A stretch of DNA of 64,000 nucleotides from Gemmatimonadota bacterium. GTDB taxonomy: Bacteria > Gemmatimonadota > Gemmatimonadetes > Gemmatimonadales > GWC2-71-9. A model generated the notes under the pieces. It was not told the DNA's origin, did no database searches, and worked only from the letters and a program-made list of their open reading frames with translations. The position numbers were made by a program, and so were the translations under genes. The stretch covers positions 13,750-77,749 of the forward strand of contig QHTZ01000079.1 of NCBI GenBank assembly GCA_003221005.1, given 5' to 3'. Shown in pieces: positions 52,353 to 61,970 of the stretch (its first letter is position 1; each line of letters opens with the position of its first letter).

Positions 52353-53566
52353 GAGAGCGCTTGCTCCACCTCGTCGAGGATCCGTTCCGCCACGTCCCGC
52401 TTGGACAAGAGCGGCAGCTCTGTCGGAGCACCGCTGTTCCGTACGATCGTCACGCGATTCGTGGGGACCTCGAACCCCGCGCCGGGCTCGAGCGCGTCGT
52501 TCAAGATGACCAAATCAAGCGCCTTATCTTGCAACTTCTGGCGTGCCCGCGCAACGCCGTCGCCCCCTTCGCCGTCCCGCCCCCCGGTCTCGAGGGCGAA
52601 ACCGACGGCGAGACATCCCTTCGGCCGCTTCAGCGAGCCGAGGATGTCGGGCGTGGGTTCGAGCTTGAGCGTGAGATCGCCGGCGGAGCGGGCGCGCTTC
52701 GTGGCGGCCGGGGCGGCGGGCCGGTAGTCCGCCGGCGCCGCGGCCATGATGAGCACGTCGGCGCGCTTCACGAGCGTCTGGAGGGCGCGCTGCATCTCCG
52801 CCGTCGTCTCGACGCGGTGCGTCACCGCGCCCGTGGGGACCGGGAGGTCGGTCGGCCCCACCACGAGGATGACCTCCGCCCCGCGCGCGAACGCGGCTTC
52901 GGCCAGCGCGTATCCCATGCGACCGCTCGAGGGATTCGTGATCACCCGCACCGGATCGAGATGCTCGCGCGTGGGGCCCGCGGTGACGAGCACAGTCTTG
53001 CCCTTGAGCCGGCCGGGCGGTGCCAGTAGTCGTGCTGCGGCAGCGAGGATCGTCTCGGGCTCGCTCATCCGGCCCGGGAGCTCGCTCGGTCCTTCGGCGA
53101 GTGCGCCGGTCTCGGGACCGACGAACGTCCACCCGCGCTCCGCGAGCGTCTTCAGGTTTGCCCGCGTGGCGGGGTGGGCGAACATCGCGTCGTTCATCGC
53201 CGGAGCGCACAGCACCGCGCCCGTGCGGGCGAGCAGCAGCGCCGTGAGCAGGTCATCCGCCATCCCCTGTGCGGCGCGTGCCAGGAGGTGCGCGGTAGCG
53301 GGCGCCAGGATCACGAGGTCCCCCTGCTTCGCGAGCTCGATATGGGCGAGCGCCCGGCCTCCCCCGCGCTCCCACAGGGAGGCGAGCACCGGGCGCCCCG
53401 TCAGCGCTTCGAAGGTGAGCGGGCGGACGAACTCGCCGGCCGCGGCTGTGAGGACGACGTCTACTTGCGCGCCGCTCTCGGTGAGCCGCCGGGCGAGGGT
53501 GCAGCTCTTGTAGCAGGCAATCCCGCCCGACACGCCGAGGACGACGTGCCGGCCGGCGAACGGCAT
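52349..53566 (-). CDS. coaBC: Bifunctional phosphopantothenoylcysteine decarboxylase/ligase
   Basis: GVSGGIACYK, APAT, PAMN, TAGPT.E..DPVR...N.SSG.MG, AAA.ADY, VGFALET. Confidence 0.96.
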   Translation of the reverse strand: MPFAGRHVVLGVSGGIACYKSCTLARRLTESGAQVDVVLTAAAGEFVRPLTFEALTGRPVLASLWERGGGRALAHIELAKQGDLVILAPATAHLLARAAQGMADDLLTALLLARTGAVLCAPAMNDAMFAHPATRANLKTLAERGWTFVGPETGALAEGPSELPGRMSEPETILAAAARLLAPPGRLKGKTVLVTAGPTREHLDPVRVITNPSSGRMGYALAEAAFARGAEVILVVGPTDLPVPTGAVTHRVETTAEMQRALQTLVKRADVLIMAAAPADYRPAAPAATKRARSAGDLTLKLEPTPDILGSLKRPKGCLAVGFALETGGRDGEGGDGVARARQKLQDKALDLVILNDALEPGAGFEVPTNRVTIVRNSGAPTELPLLSKRDVAERILDEVEQALS

Positions 53567-53778
53567 CAGCCCTCCTGGCGCCGCCGCCGCACCAACCGGT
53601 ACTTGAGCCGGGCCGCCACCAGCTCCTCCATCGCGCGGGTGGTGAGCTTCTTCTCGAGCTCGACCGAGCGGTCGCGCGGAAAGTCGTTCACAAAGCGGGC
53701 GAACTTCGCCGCGACGAGCACACCCAAATACTTGTTGCCCGTCTGGGAGGCGACTTCGACCGGGGTGACAATCCTCAT
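53566..53778 (-). CDS. rpoZ: RNA polymerase omega subunit
   Basis: NKY..V.VAAK.AR, K.TT.AMEEL; gmk-rpoZ-coaBC synteny. Confidence 0.88.
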   Translation of the reverse strand: MRIVTPVEVASQTGNKYLGVLVAAKFARFVNDFPRDRSVELEKKLTTRAMEELVAARLKYRLVRRRRQEG

Positions 53779-53788
53779 CAGTATCTCC

Positions 53789-54436
53789 TCAAGCGCCGTG
53801 CCGAAGGCGATCCGCCTCCCGCACGAGCTCTTCCACCAGGTTGTTTACGCGTTCGCCGTGGGGACGATGCGGTATCGCGCCGTCCGCGTCGATGATTTTC
53901 GAGACTTCCTCCACCGCTCGATCGAGATCGTCGTTGATCACGATGTGACGCCAGGTGCGCGATTGCCGTATCTCGGCAATCGCCTGTTCTAAACGCCGCG
54001 CCAGCGCAACCGGCGATTCCGTTCCGCGACCGAGCAGCCGCTCGGTCCAGGCCGCGGCGCTCGGCGGGAGAATGAAAATCCCGATGGACTGCGGCGCCGG
54101 GTAGCGTTGCTCGACCTGACGGGCGCCCTGGATCTCGATGTCGAGCACCACGTGCTTGCCGGAGTGAAGCACGCGGTCGACTTCGCTCTTCAGAGTCCCG
54201 TACCACTCCCCTGCGTATTCGGCCCACTCTACGAACGCGCCGGCGTCGCGGCGCCGGGCGAACTCGTCGCGGGTCAGGAAGTGGTAGGCGACGTGATTCT
54301 GCTCCCCCGGTCGCGGTCGCCGGGTCGTCGCCGACACCGAGAATCCCACGTCCGGGCGTCGCGCCAGCAGGGCCTTCGTGATCGTCGTTTTCCCGCCGCC
54401 CGATGGGGCGGACAGCACGACGACCCGTGACGTCAC
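53789..54436 (-). CDS. gmk: Guanylate kinase
   Basis: SAPSGGGKTT, SATTRRPRPGE, YGT, LDIEIQGA, NDDL. Confidence 0.97.
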   Translation of the reverse strand: MTSRVVVLSAPSGGGKTTITKALLARRPDVGFSVSATTRRPRPGEQNHVAYHFLTRDEFARRRDAGAFVEWAEYAGEWYGTLKSEVDRVLHSGKHVVLDIEIQGARQVEQRYPAPQSIGIFILPPSAAAWTERLLGRGTESPVALARRLEQAIAEIRQSRTWRHIVINDDLDRAVEEVSKIIDADGAIPHRPHGERVNNLVEELVREADRLRHGA

Positions 54437-55320
54437 TCCAGATTCTCGAGTTGCTCGCGGAACCTCTCGAGCTCGCCTTTCATAGCGATCACCGCCTGGG
54501 TGATCGCGGCGTCATTCGCTTTGGAGCCGATCGTGTTCACCTCGCGCAACAGCTCCTGCGCCAGGAACCCGAGCTGCTTTCCCACGCGCCCGTCCCCCGC
54601 CAGCGCCTCGCGGCAGGCCCCGAGATGGGTGCGCAGCCGCACCAGCTCCTCCGTGATGTCCACCCGGTCGGCGAGCAACGCGATTTCCAGCGCCAGGCGT
54701 TGCTCGTCCACCTGCACGCCGGCGGCAAGCTCGGCCACGGCGTGCTTGAGCCGATCGTGTTCCGCCACGAGCCGTACCGGCGCACGTGTCTCCACCGCGC
54801 GCGTCTGCTGCTCGATTGCCTCGAGCCGCCCGAGCAGGTCCGCGGCAAGCGCCTGACCCTCACGTTGCCGCATCGCCAGCACATCCTGAGCTGCACGATC
54901 GAGAATCGGTTGCACCTCGGCCCACGCGGTGGCCCCGCCCCCCTCGCCTTCGCCGTTCGCCTGCAGCGAGAGGACGTCGGGGTGGCGCGCCACGAACGCC
55001 AGGTCCGGGTCGCCCTTCAGGTGGAGCTTCTTCTTCAATTCCTTAAGCGCCGCCACCACCTGCCGCGCGCGCGCGACGTCCACTACTACTGCCCCCGCGG
55101 TCTCAGGGGGCTCGAGCCACCGGGCGGACACCGCCACGTGGCCCCGGTCGAGCAGCTGGCGCAGGTGCTCCCGGATCTGGTTGTCCGTCCCCGCCAGCTC
55201 GAACGGGAGCCGGAGTTGCGGATTGTAGTAACGGTGGTTGACGGTGCGGATCTCGATCCGCAGCCTCCCGCCCTGAACCGTCCCTTCGGCCAAGCCGAAG
55301 CCCGTCATGCTGCGCGGCAC
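54433..55320 (-). CDS. yicC: YicC/YloC family endoribonuclease
   Basis: SMTGFG, VNHRY, DITEELVRL, QE..RE.NTIGSK, REQLENLE. Confidence 0.95.
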   Translation of the reverse strand: MPRSMTGFGLAEGTVQGGRLRIEIRTVNHRYYNPQLRLPFELAGTDNQIREHLRQLLDRGHVAVSARWLEPPETAGAVVVDVARARQVVAALKELKKKLHLKGDPDLAFVARHPDVLSLQANGEGEGGGATAWAEVQPILDRAAQDVLAMRQREGQALAADLLGRLEAIEQQTRAVETRAPVRLVAEHDRLKHAVAELAAGVQVDEQRLALEIALLADRVDITEELVRLRTHLGACREALAGDGRVGKQLGFLAQELLREVNTIGSKANDAAITQAVIAMKGELERFREQLENLE

Positions 55321-55328
55321 AGTCTTTA

Positions 55329-55357
55329 AGTCTAACCGCTCAAGGCACTTAGGTCAA
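55329..55357 (-). promoter_or_regulatory. sigma70-like promoter of yicC-gmk-rpoZ operon
   Basis: TTGACC-17nt-TAGACT, ending 8 nt before GTG 55320. Confidence 0.75.
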
Positions 55358-55363
55358 TTGGCG

Positions 55364-57166
55364 TCAATTCGTGAAGCGCCAGCGCACGCCGTAGAACTGA
55401 TCGTTCCGGATGTAGCCCAGCTCGGGGACGTAGCTCCTGGTGGAGGAGCGCGCGTTGCGGATCACCCAGAAGATCGTCACCCCCGCGATGCGGATCTGGA
55501 GATTGAAGTCAACGAAGGTGGCGCCCACGAGCTCGTGGACCGTGCTCGTGCCGGTGGTGGTGTCGCGGAAGACTCCTCCCTCGGTGCCCCCGCTCCACGA
55601 TTCGACCGCCGTTTCCGCCCGGAAGGCAAAGACGCCGCTCTTGTAGGTGCGCCAGAACTTGGAGTAGAACGTCGCGCCGTAGCGGCCGTGATGCGGCGGC
55701 TCGAAGTCGCCGCCGCCGCGCACGGGATGGAAGTACCACCCCCACAGCTCGAGCCCCGGAAGCGGTCGCAGGCGAGCCTGGATGGCGAGGTAGTTCGTGG
55801 CAGGCGTGGGGCTGAGGGCGTTCACGGTCCCGAGTCCCGCGAGAAACTGGGGAGGGGGTGAGAAGGGATCGCGCCGCGCCCCCCCGACCTCGAGCGTCGT
55901 CCACGAGCGCTGCCACCGGATCGCGCCGTAGAGATCGTTGGTCGTCTGCACGGAGTCGCCGCTCCGCGCCGGCGCCGCGAGGTCGCGCCCCCATGCCACG
56001 TCGCCGTGCGCGGAGAATCCCAGCGGCAGCACGAGGCCCGCCGCGAGGTGCGCGCGGTCGCCGCTCCGGTCCAGCGCGTATTTCGTGTGGCGGGCGTCCA
56101 CGCTGATGGTGAGCAGGTCGAGGGGACTCCATGAGGCCTGGCCCTCGAGCTGGGACGGGCGGCGTTCACTCCCTGCGAGTCGCGCGACCACGCCCGCCAT
56201 GGCGCGCGGGGCGGCTGCGGAGAGCTCCAGGGTCGCCTGCGACAGGGTGCGGTCGGGCACCGCCGAGTCACGGCTCGTCGTGGCGGTGGCGAGCGTGAGG
56301 TCGAGCCGCGGTCCGAGTCCGTCGGAGCGTGCGCCCCACGCGAACCGCACCAGCTGGTCGACGCGCTTGGTCCGCACCGCGGCCACGATGGGCGACGTGT
56401 TGCCGCTGCGGTTCCAGTCGGAGCTCACGATCTGATACGACACGCCGAGCTTCGGGGTGGGGATATAGAGGGCCGAGAGCCACAGGTCCACGTCGTGGAA
56501 CGGCGTGCTGGAAGATCCCGTCTCGCCGCTGATGTCGTTCCAATCGGCCACGAGGGACAGGCCGAATCCGGAGCGCCAACGCTTGAGAAACGCGGCCCGG
56601 TAGCCCGCCGTGCCGAGGAATCCGGTGGTGATGCCGATCTCCGTCGCCGGCGCGGTGGACTGCTGCCGCGACGTGACCAGGTAGACTCGCAGCGCCGCCG
56701 GGAGGACGACGACGTCCACGCGCTCGAGCGGCGCGAGCGGAATCCGCGCCGGGTCGAGGTACACAGAATCGCGGCCCAGCGGCAGATACGGCACGCCATC
56801 CCAATAGACCTCGAGCGCAGCGGGCCCGCGGCCGCCGTACAGCACGCCTTCGGCCTGGCCGAAGACCCCGCCGCGTGCCACGTACACGCCGGGGATGCGG
56901 GCGAGCAGGTCGCTCAGCGTCTTCGTGTCCGAGAAAGCGAACGAATCCGCGGTGAACGTGAAGCGCGCGCCGCGCGGCAGCGGCCCCCGTGGGATCGCTG
57001 CCGGGAGGACGGGGAGGTAGCGCGGCAGCGTGTCGCGCGTCGTGTCGCGTCGCGCCGTCGTGTCGGGCGACGGCGGACGCCGCGCGCTCGTGTCCACCTG
57101 GGCTCCCGCGCGCCGTGGGAGAGCGAGGGCGAGCAGGACTGCGGCGGCGCAGGCGCCGCGAGTCAC
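55364..57166 (-). CDS. Exported protein with TonB-receptor plug-like domain and probable beta-barrel
   Basis: Signal peptide; TLSDLLARIPGV, VYWDGVP, IPLAPLERVDV plug motifs; aromatic alternating C-terminus (FYGVRWRFTN). Confidence 0.7.
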   Translation of the reverse strand: MTRGACAAAVLLALALPRRAGAQVDTSARRPPSPDTTARRDTTRDTLPRYLPVLPAAIPRGPLPRGARFTFTADSFAFSDTKTLSDLLARIPGVYVARGGVFGQAEGVLYGGRGPAALEVYWDGVPYLPLGRDSVYLDPARIPLAPLERVDVVVLPAALRVYLVTSRQQSTAPATEIGITTGFLGTAGYRAAFLKRWRSGFGLSLVADWNDISGETGSSSTPFHDVDLWLSALYIPTPKLGVSYQIVSSDWNRSGNTSPIVAAVRTKRVDQLVRFAWGARSDGLGPRLDLTLATATTSRDSAVPDRTLSQATLELSAAAPRAMAGVVARLAGSERRPSQLEGQASWSPLDLLTISVDARHTKYALDRSGDRAHLAAGLVLPLGFSAHGDVAWGRDLAAPARSGDSVQTTNDLYGAIRWQRSWTTLEVGGARRDPFSPPPQFLAGLGTVNALSPTPATNYLAIQARLRPLPGLELWGWYFHPVRGGGDFEPPHHGRYGATFYSKFWRTYKSGVFAFRAETAVESWSGGTEGGVFRDTTTGTSTVHELVGATFVDFNLQIRIAGVTIFWVIRNARSSTRSYVPELGYIRNDQFYGVRWRFTN

Positions 57167-58671
57167 GCCCCCGCGCGCTTGAGGATGAATTCGCTGAACA
57201 GGCGGACGCCGACCGCCGTGGGGCCCTTGGATTGGTACGGCGCCTCGCTCTCGGTGTAGGCGGTGCCGGCGATGTCGAGATGCACCCACGGGTATCCGTC
57301 CGCGAACTCCCGCAGAAACCAGCCGCCGGCGATCGTCCCGGCGCCCCGGCCGGCGGAGTTCTTCACGTCGGCGACGTCGGACTTGAGGAGGTCTCGGTAC
57401 TCGTCCCACAGCGGCAGCGGCCAGCAACGCTCGCCGGCGCGCTCGCCCGCCTCGCGCACCTCGCCCAGCAGCGCCTCATCCGTCCCCATGATGCCGATCG
57501 CGGCGTGGCCGAGCGCCACGACGACGGCGCCGGTGAGCGTCGCCGCATCGAGCACAGCCACGGGCTTGAAGCGGCGGGCGTACGACAGCGCGTCGCACAG
57601 AATCAGCCGCCCTTCGGCGTCCGTGTTGATGATCTCGATCGTCTTGCCGGAGAGGCTCCGGATCACGTCCCCGGGCTTGACGGCGGTGCCCGATGGAAGA
57701 TTCTCGGTTGCGGGGATCAGCCCCACCACGTTGATCTTGGGCTTGAGCCGGCCCAGCGTTTCGAACGTGCCGAGCACGGCGGCCGCGCCCGACATGTCGA
57801 ACTTCATGTCCTCCATGTTCTGCGCCGGCTTGATCGAAATGCCCCCGGAGTCAAACGTCACGCCCTTGCCGACGAGCACGACCGGCGCCGCGTCACCACC
57901 GCCCCCCCCCCGGTACTCGAGCACGATGAAGCGTGGCTCCTGCGCGCTTCCCTGTGCGACGGCGAGCAACGCCCCCATCCCCTGCTTTCCGATCTCCTGC
58001 CGGTCGAGGGTGGTGGCCGTAAACCCGTACGCGTCCGCGAGCCGCTGTGCCTCGTTGGCGAGGTACGCGGGGGTGCACACGTTGCCGGGTTGCACCTGGA
58101 GGTAGCGGGTAAGCCGATGGCCGGCGGCGATCGCGTCGCCCACGCGCCGGCCTGCCTCGGCGTCCTTCGACTCGCGGTCGTCGCACACGATGACGATGGC
58201 GGCGACCTCGGGGCGCGGGTCATCGGGCGCGGCCTTGAGCTCGGTGAAGCTCCAGGCGCCCTGCGCGGCGCCTTCGACGATCGCCTGACCCAGATCCCGC
58301 GCGGTCGTGCCGTTGCGTGCCTCGGTCGCGACGGCGCAGGCGAGCTGCGTGGCGCCGAGCGCCCGGGCGCGCTTGCCGCCGACGGCGGCGGCGCGACGCA
58401 GGGTGTTGCGGGTCACGTCGCCCGCCTTGCCCATGCCTACGAGGAGCACGCGCTGCGCCTTCCCACCCGCCGGGTAGAGGAGGCTCGTCTCGTCGCGCTT
58501 CCCCTTGAAATCACCGCTCGTGATGGCGCGCGTCAGCACGCCGCCCGCAGCCTGGTCCAGTGCCGCGAGGGAAGCAGGGACGCTGGTGCCCTCGGCGAGC
58601 GCCACGGCCAAGAGGGGCGTTTCGATGGCGGCGAGAGGCGTTGTGACGACGCTGCTCGCGGGCTCAGACAT
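57163..58671 (-). CDS. pepA: Leucyl aminopeptidase (M17)
   Basis: [39 protein letters not shown]. Confidence 0.97.
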   Translation of the reverse strand: MSEPASSVVTTPLAAIETPLLAVALAEGTSVPASLAALDQAAGGVLTRAITSGDFKGKRDETSLLYPAGGKAQRVLLVGMGKAGDVTRNTLRRAAAVGGKRARALGATQLACAVATEARNGTTARDLGQAIVEGAAQGAWSFTELKAAPDDPRPEVAAIVIVCDDRESKDAEAGRRVGDAIAAGHRLTRYLQVQPGNVCTPAYLANEAQRLADAYGFTATTLDRQEIGKQGMGALLAVAQGSAQEPRFIVLEYRGGGGGDAAPVVLVGKGVTFDSGGISIKPAQNMEDMKFDMSGAAAVLGTFETLGRLKPKINVVGLIPATENLPSGTAVKPGDVIRSLSGKTIEIINTDAEGRLILCDALSYARRFKPVAVLDAATLTGAVVVALGHAAIGIMGTDEALLGEVREAGERAGERCWPLPLWDEYRDLLKSDVADVKNSAGRGAGTIAGGWFLREFADGYPWVHLDIAGTAYTESEAPYQSKGPTAVGVRLFSEFILKRAGA

Positions 58672-59866
58672 GCTCGATTATGCAGTCGGCGAAGGTAGAG
58701 GTCGAGACCTCGGTGGCGTTGGGCATGAGGCGCGCGAGGTCGTACGTGACCCGGCGCGCTTTGATCGCGCCGGCGAGCCCGCGCACGATCGCGGCCGCGA
58801 CGTCGCTCCAGCCCAGCTCCTCGAACATCATGGCCCCCGACAGAATTACGCTGCTGGGATTGATCTTGTTCAGGTTCGCGTACTTCGGGGCGGTGCCGTG
58901 CGTCGCCTCGAACACCGCGTAGCCGTCGCCCACGTTGCCGCCGGGAGCGAGCCCCAGCCCGCCGACCTGCGCTGCAGCGGCGTCCGAGAGCAGGTCGCCG
59001 TTCAAGTTGGGCGCCGCGATCACCGAGTAGTCGTCGGGGCGCAGGACCAGCTGGGCGAACATAGCGTCCGTGATGCGGTCCTTGATGACCACTCGTCCCC
59101 CGTCCCCCTTCCCCCTTCCCGGGTCTTCCTCCGGAACCGTCTGCTCCCCGAACCGCTGCTTCGCCACCTCGTACCCCCACTCCCGGAAGCCGCCCTCGGT
59201 GAACTTCATGATGTTGCCCTTGTGCACGAGCGTGACGGACTTCCGACCCGACTGGATGGCGTACTGGATCGCCTTTGCCACCAGTCGCTGGCTGCCAAAC
59301 TTGGACATGGGCTTGATGCCGATCGCGCTCCCCGGGCGGATCTTGGCCTTGAAGTGCTCGGTGAGGAACTCGATCACGGCGTCGGCTTCGGAGCTCTGGG
59401 CGCGGTATTCCACGCCCGAGTAGACGTCCTCGATGTTCTCGCGGAAGATCACGACGTCGAGCTTCTGGGGCTCGCGCATCGGGCTCGGTACGCCCTCGAA
59501 GTAGCGCACCGGCCGGATGCAGGCATAGAGGTCGAGCAGCTGGCGCAGGGAGACGTTGAGCGAGCGGATCCCGCCACCGACCGGGGTGGTCAGCGGGCCC
59601 TTGATCGCGACGCGGTGCTGGCGGATGGTGTCGAGGGTGGCATCCGGGAGCCAGCTGCCCACCGTCTTGAACGCCTTCTCGCCGGCGAGCACCTCCAACC
59701 ATTCGACGCGGCGCTTGCCGTCCGACACCTTCTGGACCGTCGCCTCGAACACGCGGCGCGCCGCCCGCCAGATGTCAGGCCCGGTGCCATCCCCCTCAAT
59801 GAAGGGAATCACCGGGCGGTCGGGCACGATCCAGCGGCCGTCGCGGAAGTCGATGCGATCGCCCAT
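58664..59866 (-). CDS. icd: NADP-dependent isocitrate dehydrogenase
   Basis: [54 protein letters not shown]. Confidence 0.97.
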   Translation of the reverse strand: MGDRIDFRDGRWIVPDRPVIPFIEGDGTGPDIWRAARRVFEATVQKVSDGKRRVEWLEVLAGEKAFKTVGSWLPDATLDTIRQHRVAIKGPLTTPVGGGIRSLNVSLRQLLDLYACIRPVRYFEGVPSPMREPQKLDVVIFRENIEDVYSGVEYRAQSSEADAVIEFLTEHFKAKIRPGSAIGIKPMSKFGSQRLVAKAIQYAIQSGRKSVTLVHKGNIMKFTEGGFREWGYEVAKQRFGEQTVPEEDPGRGKGDGGRVVIKDRITDAMFAQLVLRPDDYSVIAAPNLNGDLLSDAAAAQVGGLGLAPGGNVGDGYAVFEATHGTAPKYANLNKINPSSVILSGAMMFEELGWSDVAAAIVRGLAGAIKARRVTYDLARLMPNATEVSTSTFADCIIEHV

Positions 59867-59918
59867 CTCTCGACACTCCTATCGGGAACGCGGTGCAGTC
59901 TACACGGTGGCGGCGGGG

Positions 59919-59947
59919 TTGCGCCAGCGGAACGCGGCAGTCATACT
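59919..59947 (+). promoter_or_regulatory. sigma70-like promoter of the porin cassette
   Basis: TTGCGC (59919-24)-17nt-CATACT (59942-47), 9 nt before ATG 59957; no SD. Confidence 0.55.
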
Positions 59948-59956
59948 ATTGCCTGC

Positions 59957-60307
59957 ATGCGTCGTCATCGCGCACCGTACCGCGCTGTCTTCTGGCTCGC
60001 CGCCACCTGTTGGTTGGCTGCCGGCCCCGGCGGCGTGGTGGTGCAGGCGGCCATCGCCTGCCGCCACGCCGCGATGCAGATGCCCGGGGACACTCGCGAA
60101 GGCCACCACATGCCGCCGGGTGGCCCATGCTTCTGTAGTCAGATGGTCGGCGCGTTCGACCACGTGCTGTCGGCGGCGGTGCCGGCGGTGGAGCCGGAGA
60201 GCAGTGTAATCCCGAGCCCGGTTCTGGCCGCGACCGACCTATCCCCCATCCCTCTTCCCCCTTCCCCCGCTTTCGCTCCGGAGCCCCCTCCCCCGATCGT
60301 CGCGTAG
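59957..60307 (+). CDS. Small exported Cys/His/Met protein with C-terminal polyproline; CutF/CruR (DUF2946)-like leader ORF
   Basis: 116 aa: basic plus hydrophobic N-terminus, ACRHAAMQM...GHHM..GPCFCSQM, Pro-rich tail ending APEPPPPIVA*. Confidence 0.75.
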   Translation: MRRHRAPYRAVFWLAATCWLAAGPGGVVVQAAIACRHAAMQMPGDTREGHHMPPGGPCFCSQMVGAFDHVLSAAVPAVEPESSVIPSPVLAATDLSPIPLPPSPAFAPEPPPPIVA

Positions 60308-60346
60308 GCTGAGCTCGCAGCTTCTCAACCTACAGTCTTCGGGAGG
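60287..60346 (+). promoter_or_regulatory. Putative SD-sequestering mRNA structure
   Basis: CCTCCC (60287-92, Pro codons) is complementary to GGGAGG (60341-46, SD); inner stem GTAGGCTGAG (60304-13)/CTCAACCTAC (60324-33) pairs 9/10. Confidence 0.6.
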
Positions 60347-60351
60347 AACAC

Positions 60352-61410
60352 ATGCGCAGTGCACTGTGGTGTGCTCTGCTGTGCGGGGTCACGGCGGAGC
60401 TGGCCGACGCGCAGGGCGTGCCGGTCACATTTGAGGAACCGCAGCCGGTCACCGTTTCGGGGTTCGCTGTCGGCACGGCGGAGTACCACCGCCTGGAGCG
60501 TATGAACACGCTCGGCGCCGGCAAGCTCGCGGTAAGTGTGTTCAAGCCGGTCGGCGAGACCTACTTCTTCGGGCAGCTCACCACGGCCCTGGAAGGCGGG
60601 GAGGCGTCGACCGAGATCGACAATCTGCTCGTGAGCTGGACCCCATCGCACGCGAGCCAGTGGTCGTTCGCCTTCGGTCGCTTCGACGCGCCGCTCGGCT
60701 TCGAGCGCGACGACGAACCGCTCAACCTCACGCCCTTTACGTCCTTCAACTTCGAGCTCGCGCGGCCCGCAAAATTCACCGGGGCCATCGTGCGCTACAC
60801 GGCGTCGCGCCATCTCGCCTTCGCGGCGGCCATCACGAACGGCTGGAACGTGACGGAGGACAACAACCGGGGGAAGACCGGCCTGCTGCGCGCCGAGTGG
60901 ATTGCGACGGAAGGGCTAACGCTCGGTGTCGCCTGGGTGTACGGGCCGGAGCACGACGGCACCGACGCTTTTCAGCGGAGCCTGTTGGCGACGGACCTCA
61001 CCGTGCAACGTGGCTCTGTCATCGTGGGGGCCGAGTTCAATCTGGGAGGGGAGCGCGACGCCATGGGTGGCAGTCTCCGGTGGGTGGGCGGCGCGGTGAC
61101 GGGATTCTACCGCCTGACGCGCTCGCTCGGGTTTAGCGCCAAATACGACCATCTCGACGACACGCACGCGGTGGTGTCGGGCGTGCCGCAGGTGCTGCGC
61201 TCGTTCACCATCGGGCCGATGTGGTTCTATAGCAGTGCTCAGGAAGGCATCTTCTCGAACGTCGAGCACACAACCTTTCACATCCCCCGGATCGCGGTGC
61301 GGGCGGCGCTGCACGTGCACTATTCGACCGAGCCGTTCTTCGCGAACGACCAGGGTGGCCTCGAGCGGCAGGACACGCACGCGGTGCTCGAGGTGTTCTA
61401 CGTCTTCTAG
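60352..61410 (+). CDS. Outer-membrane beta-barrel porin (BBP2/OprO-like)
   Basis: Signal peptide (ADA|Q), FGRFDAPLGFE, NGWN...DNN..KT, amphipathic strands, terminal Phe (VFYVF). Confidence 0.82.
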   Translation: MRSALWCALLCGVTAELADAQGVPVTFEEPQPVTVSGFAVGTAEYHRLERMNTLGAGKLAVSVFKPVGETYFFGQLTTALEGGEASTEIDNLLVSWTPSHASQWSFAFGRFDAPLGFERDDEPLNLTPFTSFNFELARPAKFTGAIVRYTASRHLAFAAAITNGWNVTEDNNRGKTGLLRAEWIATEGLTLGVAWVYGPEHDGTDAFQRSLLATDLTVQRGSVIVGAEFNLGGERDAMGGSLRWVGGAVTGFYRLTRSLGFSAKYDHLDDTHAVVSGVPQVLRSFTIGPMWFYSSAQEGIFSNVEHTTFHIPRIAVRAALHVHYSTEPFFANDQGGLERQDTHAVLEVFYVF

Positions 61411-61418
61411 GAGGCGCG

Positions 61419-61970
61419 ATGCTCTACGATCTGCGACGAGCTGACGCCAGGGTGAAGTGGCTCGTCACCTGTCTCCTCGCCACGCTCGGGCTCGGCTACC
61501 TATTCGGCTCGTGGATGGTGGGGCTCTTCAGCGGATTCACTCCGCAGTCCGTGGCCGTCACGTTCGCGTCGCCCGAGATGCACATGGCGATGCCGCCCGC
61601 GAGCACAATGGTGATGGAGCATCCCATGACGCTCCAGGAGTTCGGAGCGCACGACCACTACACGGTGGACCGTAACCTGCTAGTCCAGGACACGCACGTG
61701 CACGTGCCGATCTACGGCATCATCGCGGCTGCGCTGTCGCTCGTGGTTCTGGGACTCGACCTGGCGCGTCGTTGGGGCTATGCGCTGATCACCCTGCTCT
61801 TCGCCGCGCCGTGGCTCGATTTCGCGGGGATGTGGCTCACGAAGCTGGTGTCGTCCGGGTTCGCCGTGCTCACGGTGGCCGGCGGGTGGGCCATGGGGTT
61901 CGCGTACACGATTGTGACCGGCGTCGCGCTGTGGCAGATGTGGCGGCCGACGCCAGGAGGTGTGCCATGA
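61419..61970 (+). CDS. 4-TM inner-membrane protein with Met/His-rich loop and THVH motif
   Basis: SD GGAGG; TM1, loop EMHMAM...MVMEHPM...HDH, QDTHVHVP, three more TMs. Confidence 0.8.
   Translation: MLYDLRRADARVKWLVTCLLATLGLGYLFGSWMVGLFSGFTPQSVAVTFASPEMHMAMPPASTMVMEHPMTLQEFGAHDHYTVDRNLLVQDTHVHVPIYGIIAAALSLVVLGLDLARRWGYALITLLFAAPWLDFAGMWLTKLVSSGFAVLTVAGGWAMGFAYTIVTGVALWQMWRPTPGGVP

Noticed and set aside
57895-57912. Poly-C run in pepA as a phase-variation tract
   Set aside because: In frame (Gly run) in a housekeeping gene, with no evidence of switching
58505-59956. 600-aa plus-strand ORF
   Set aside because: Antisense shadow of icd/pepA; only the part from ATG 59957 looks like a real gene
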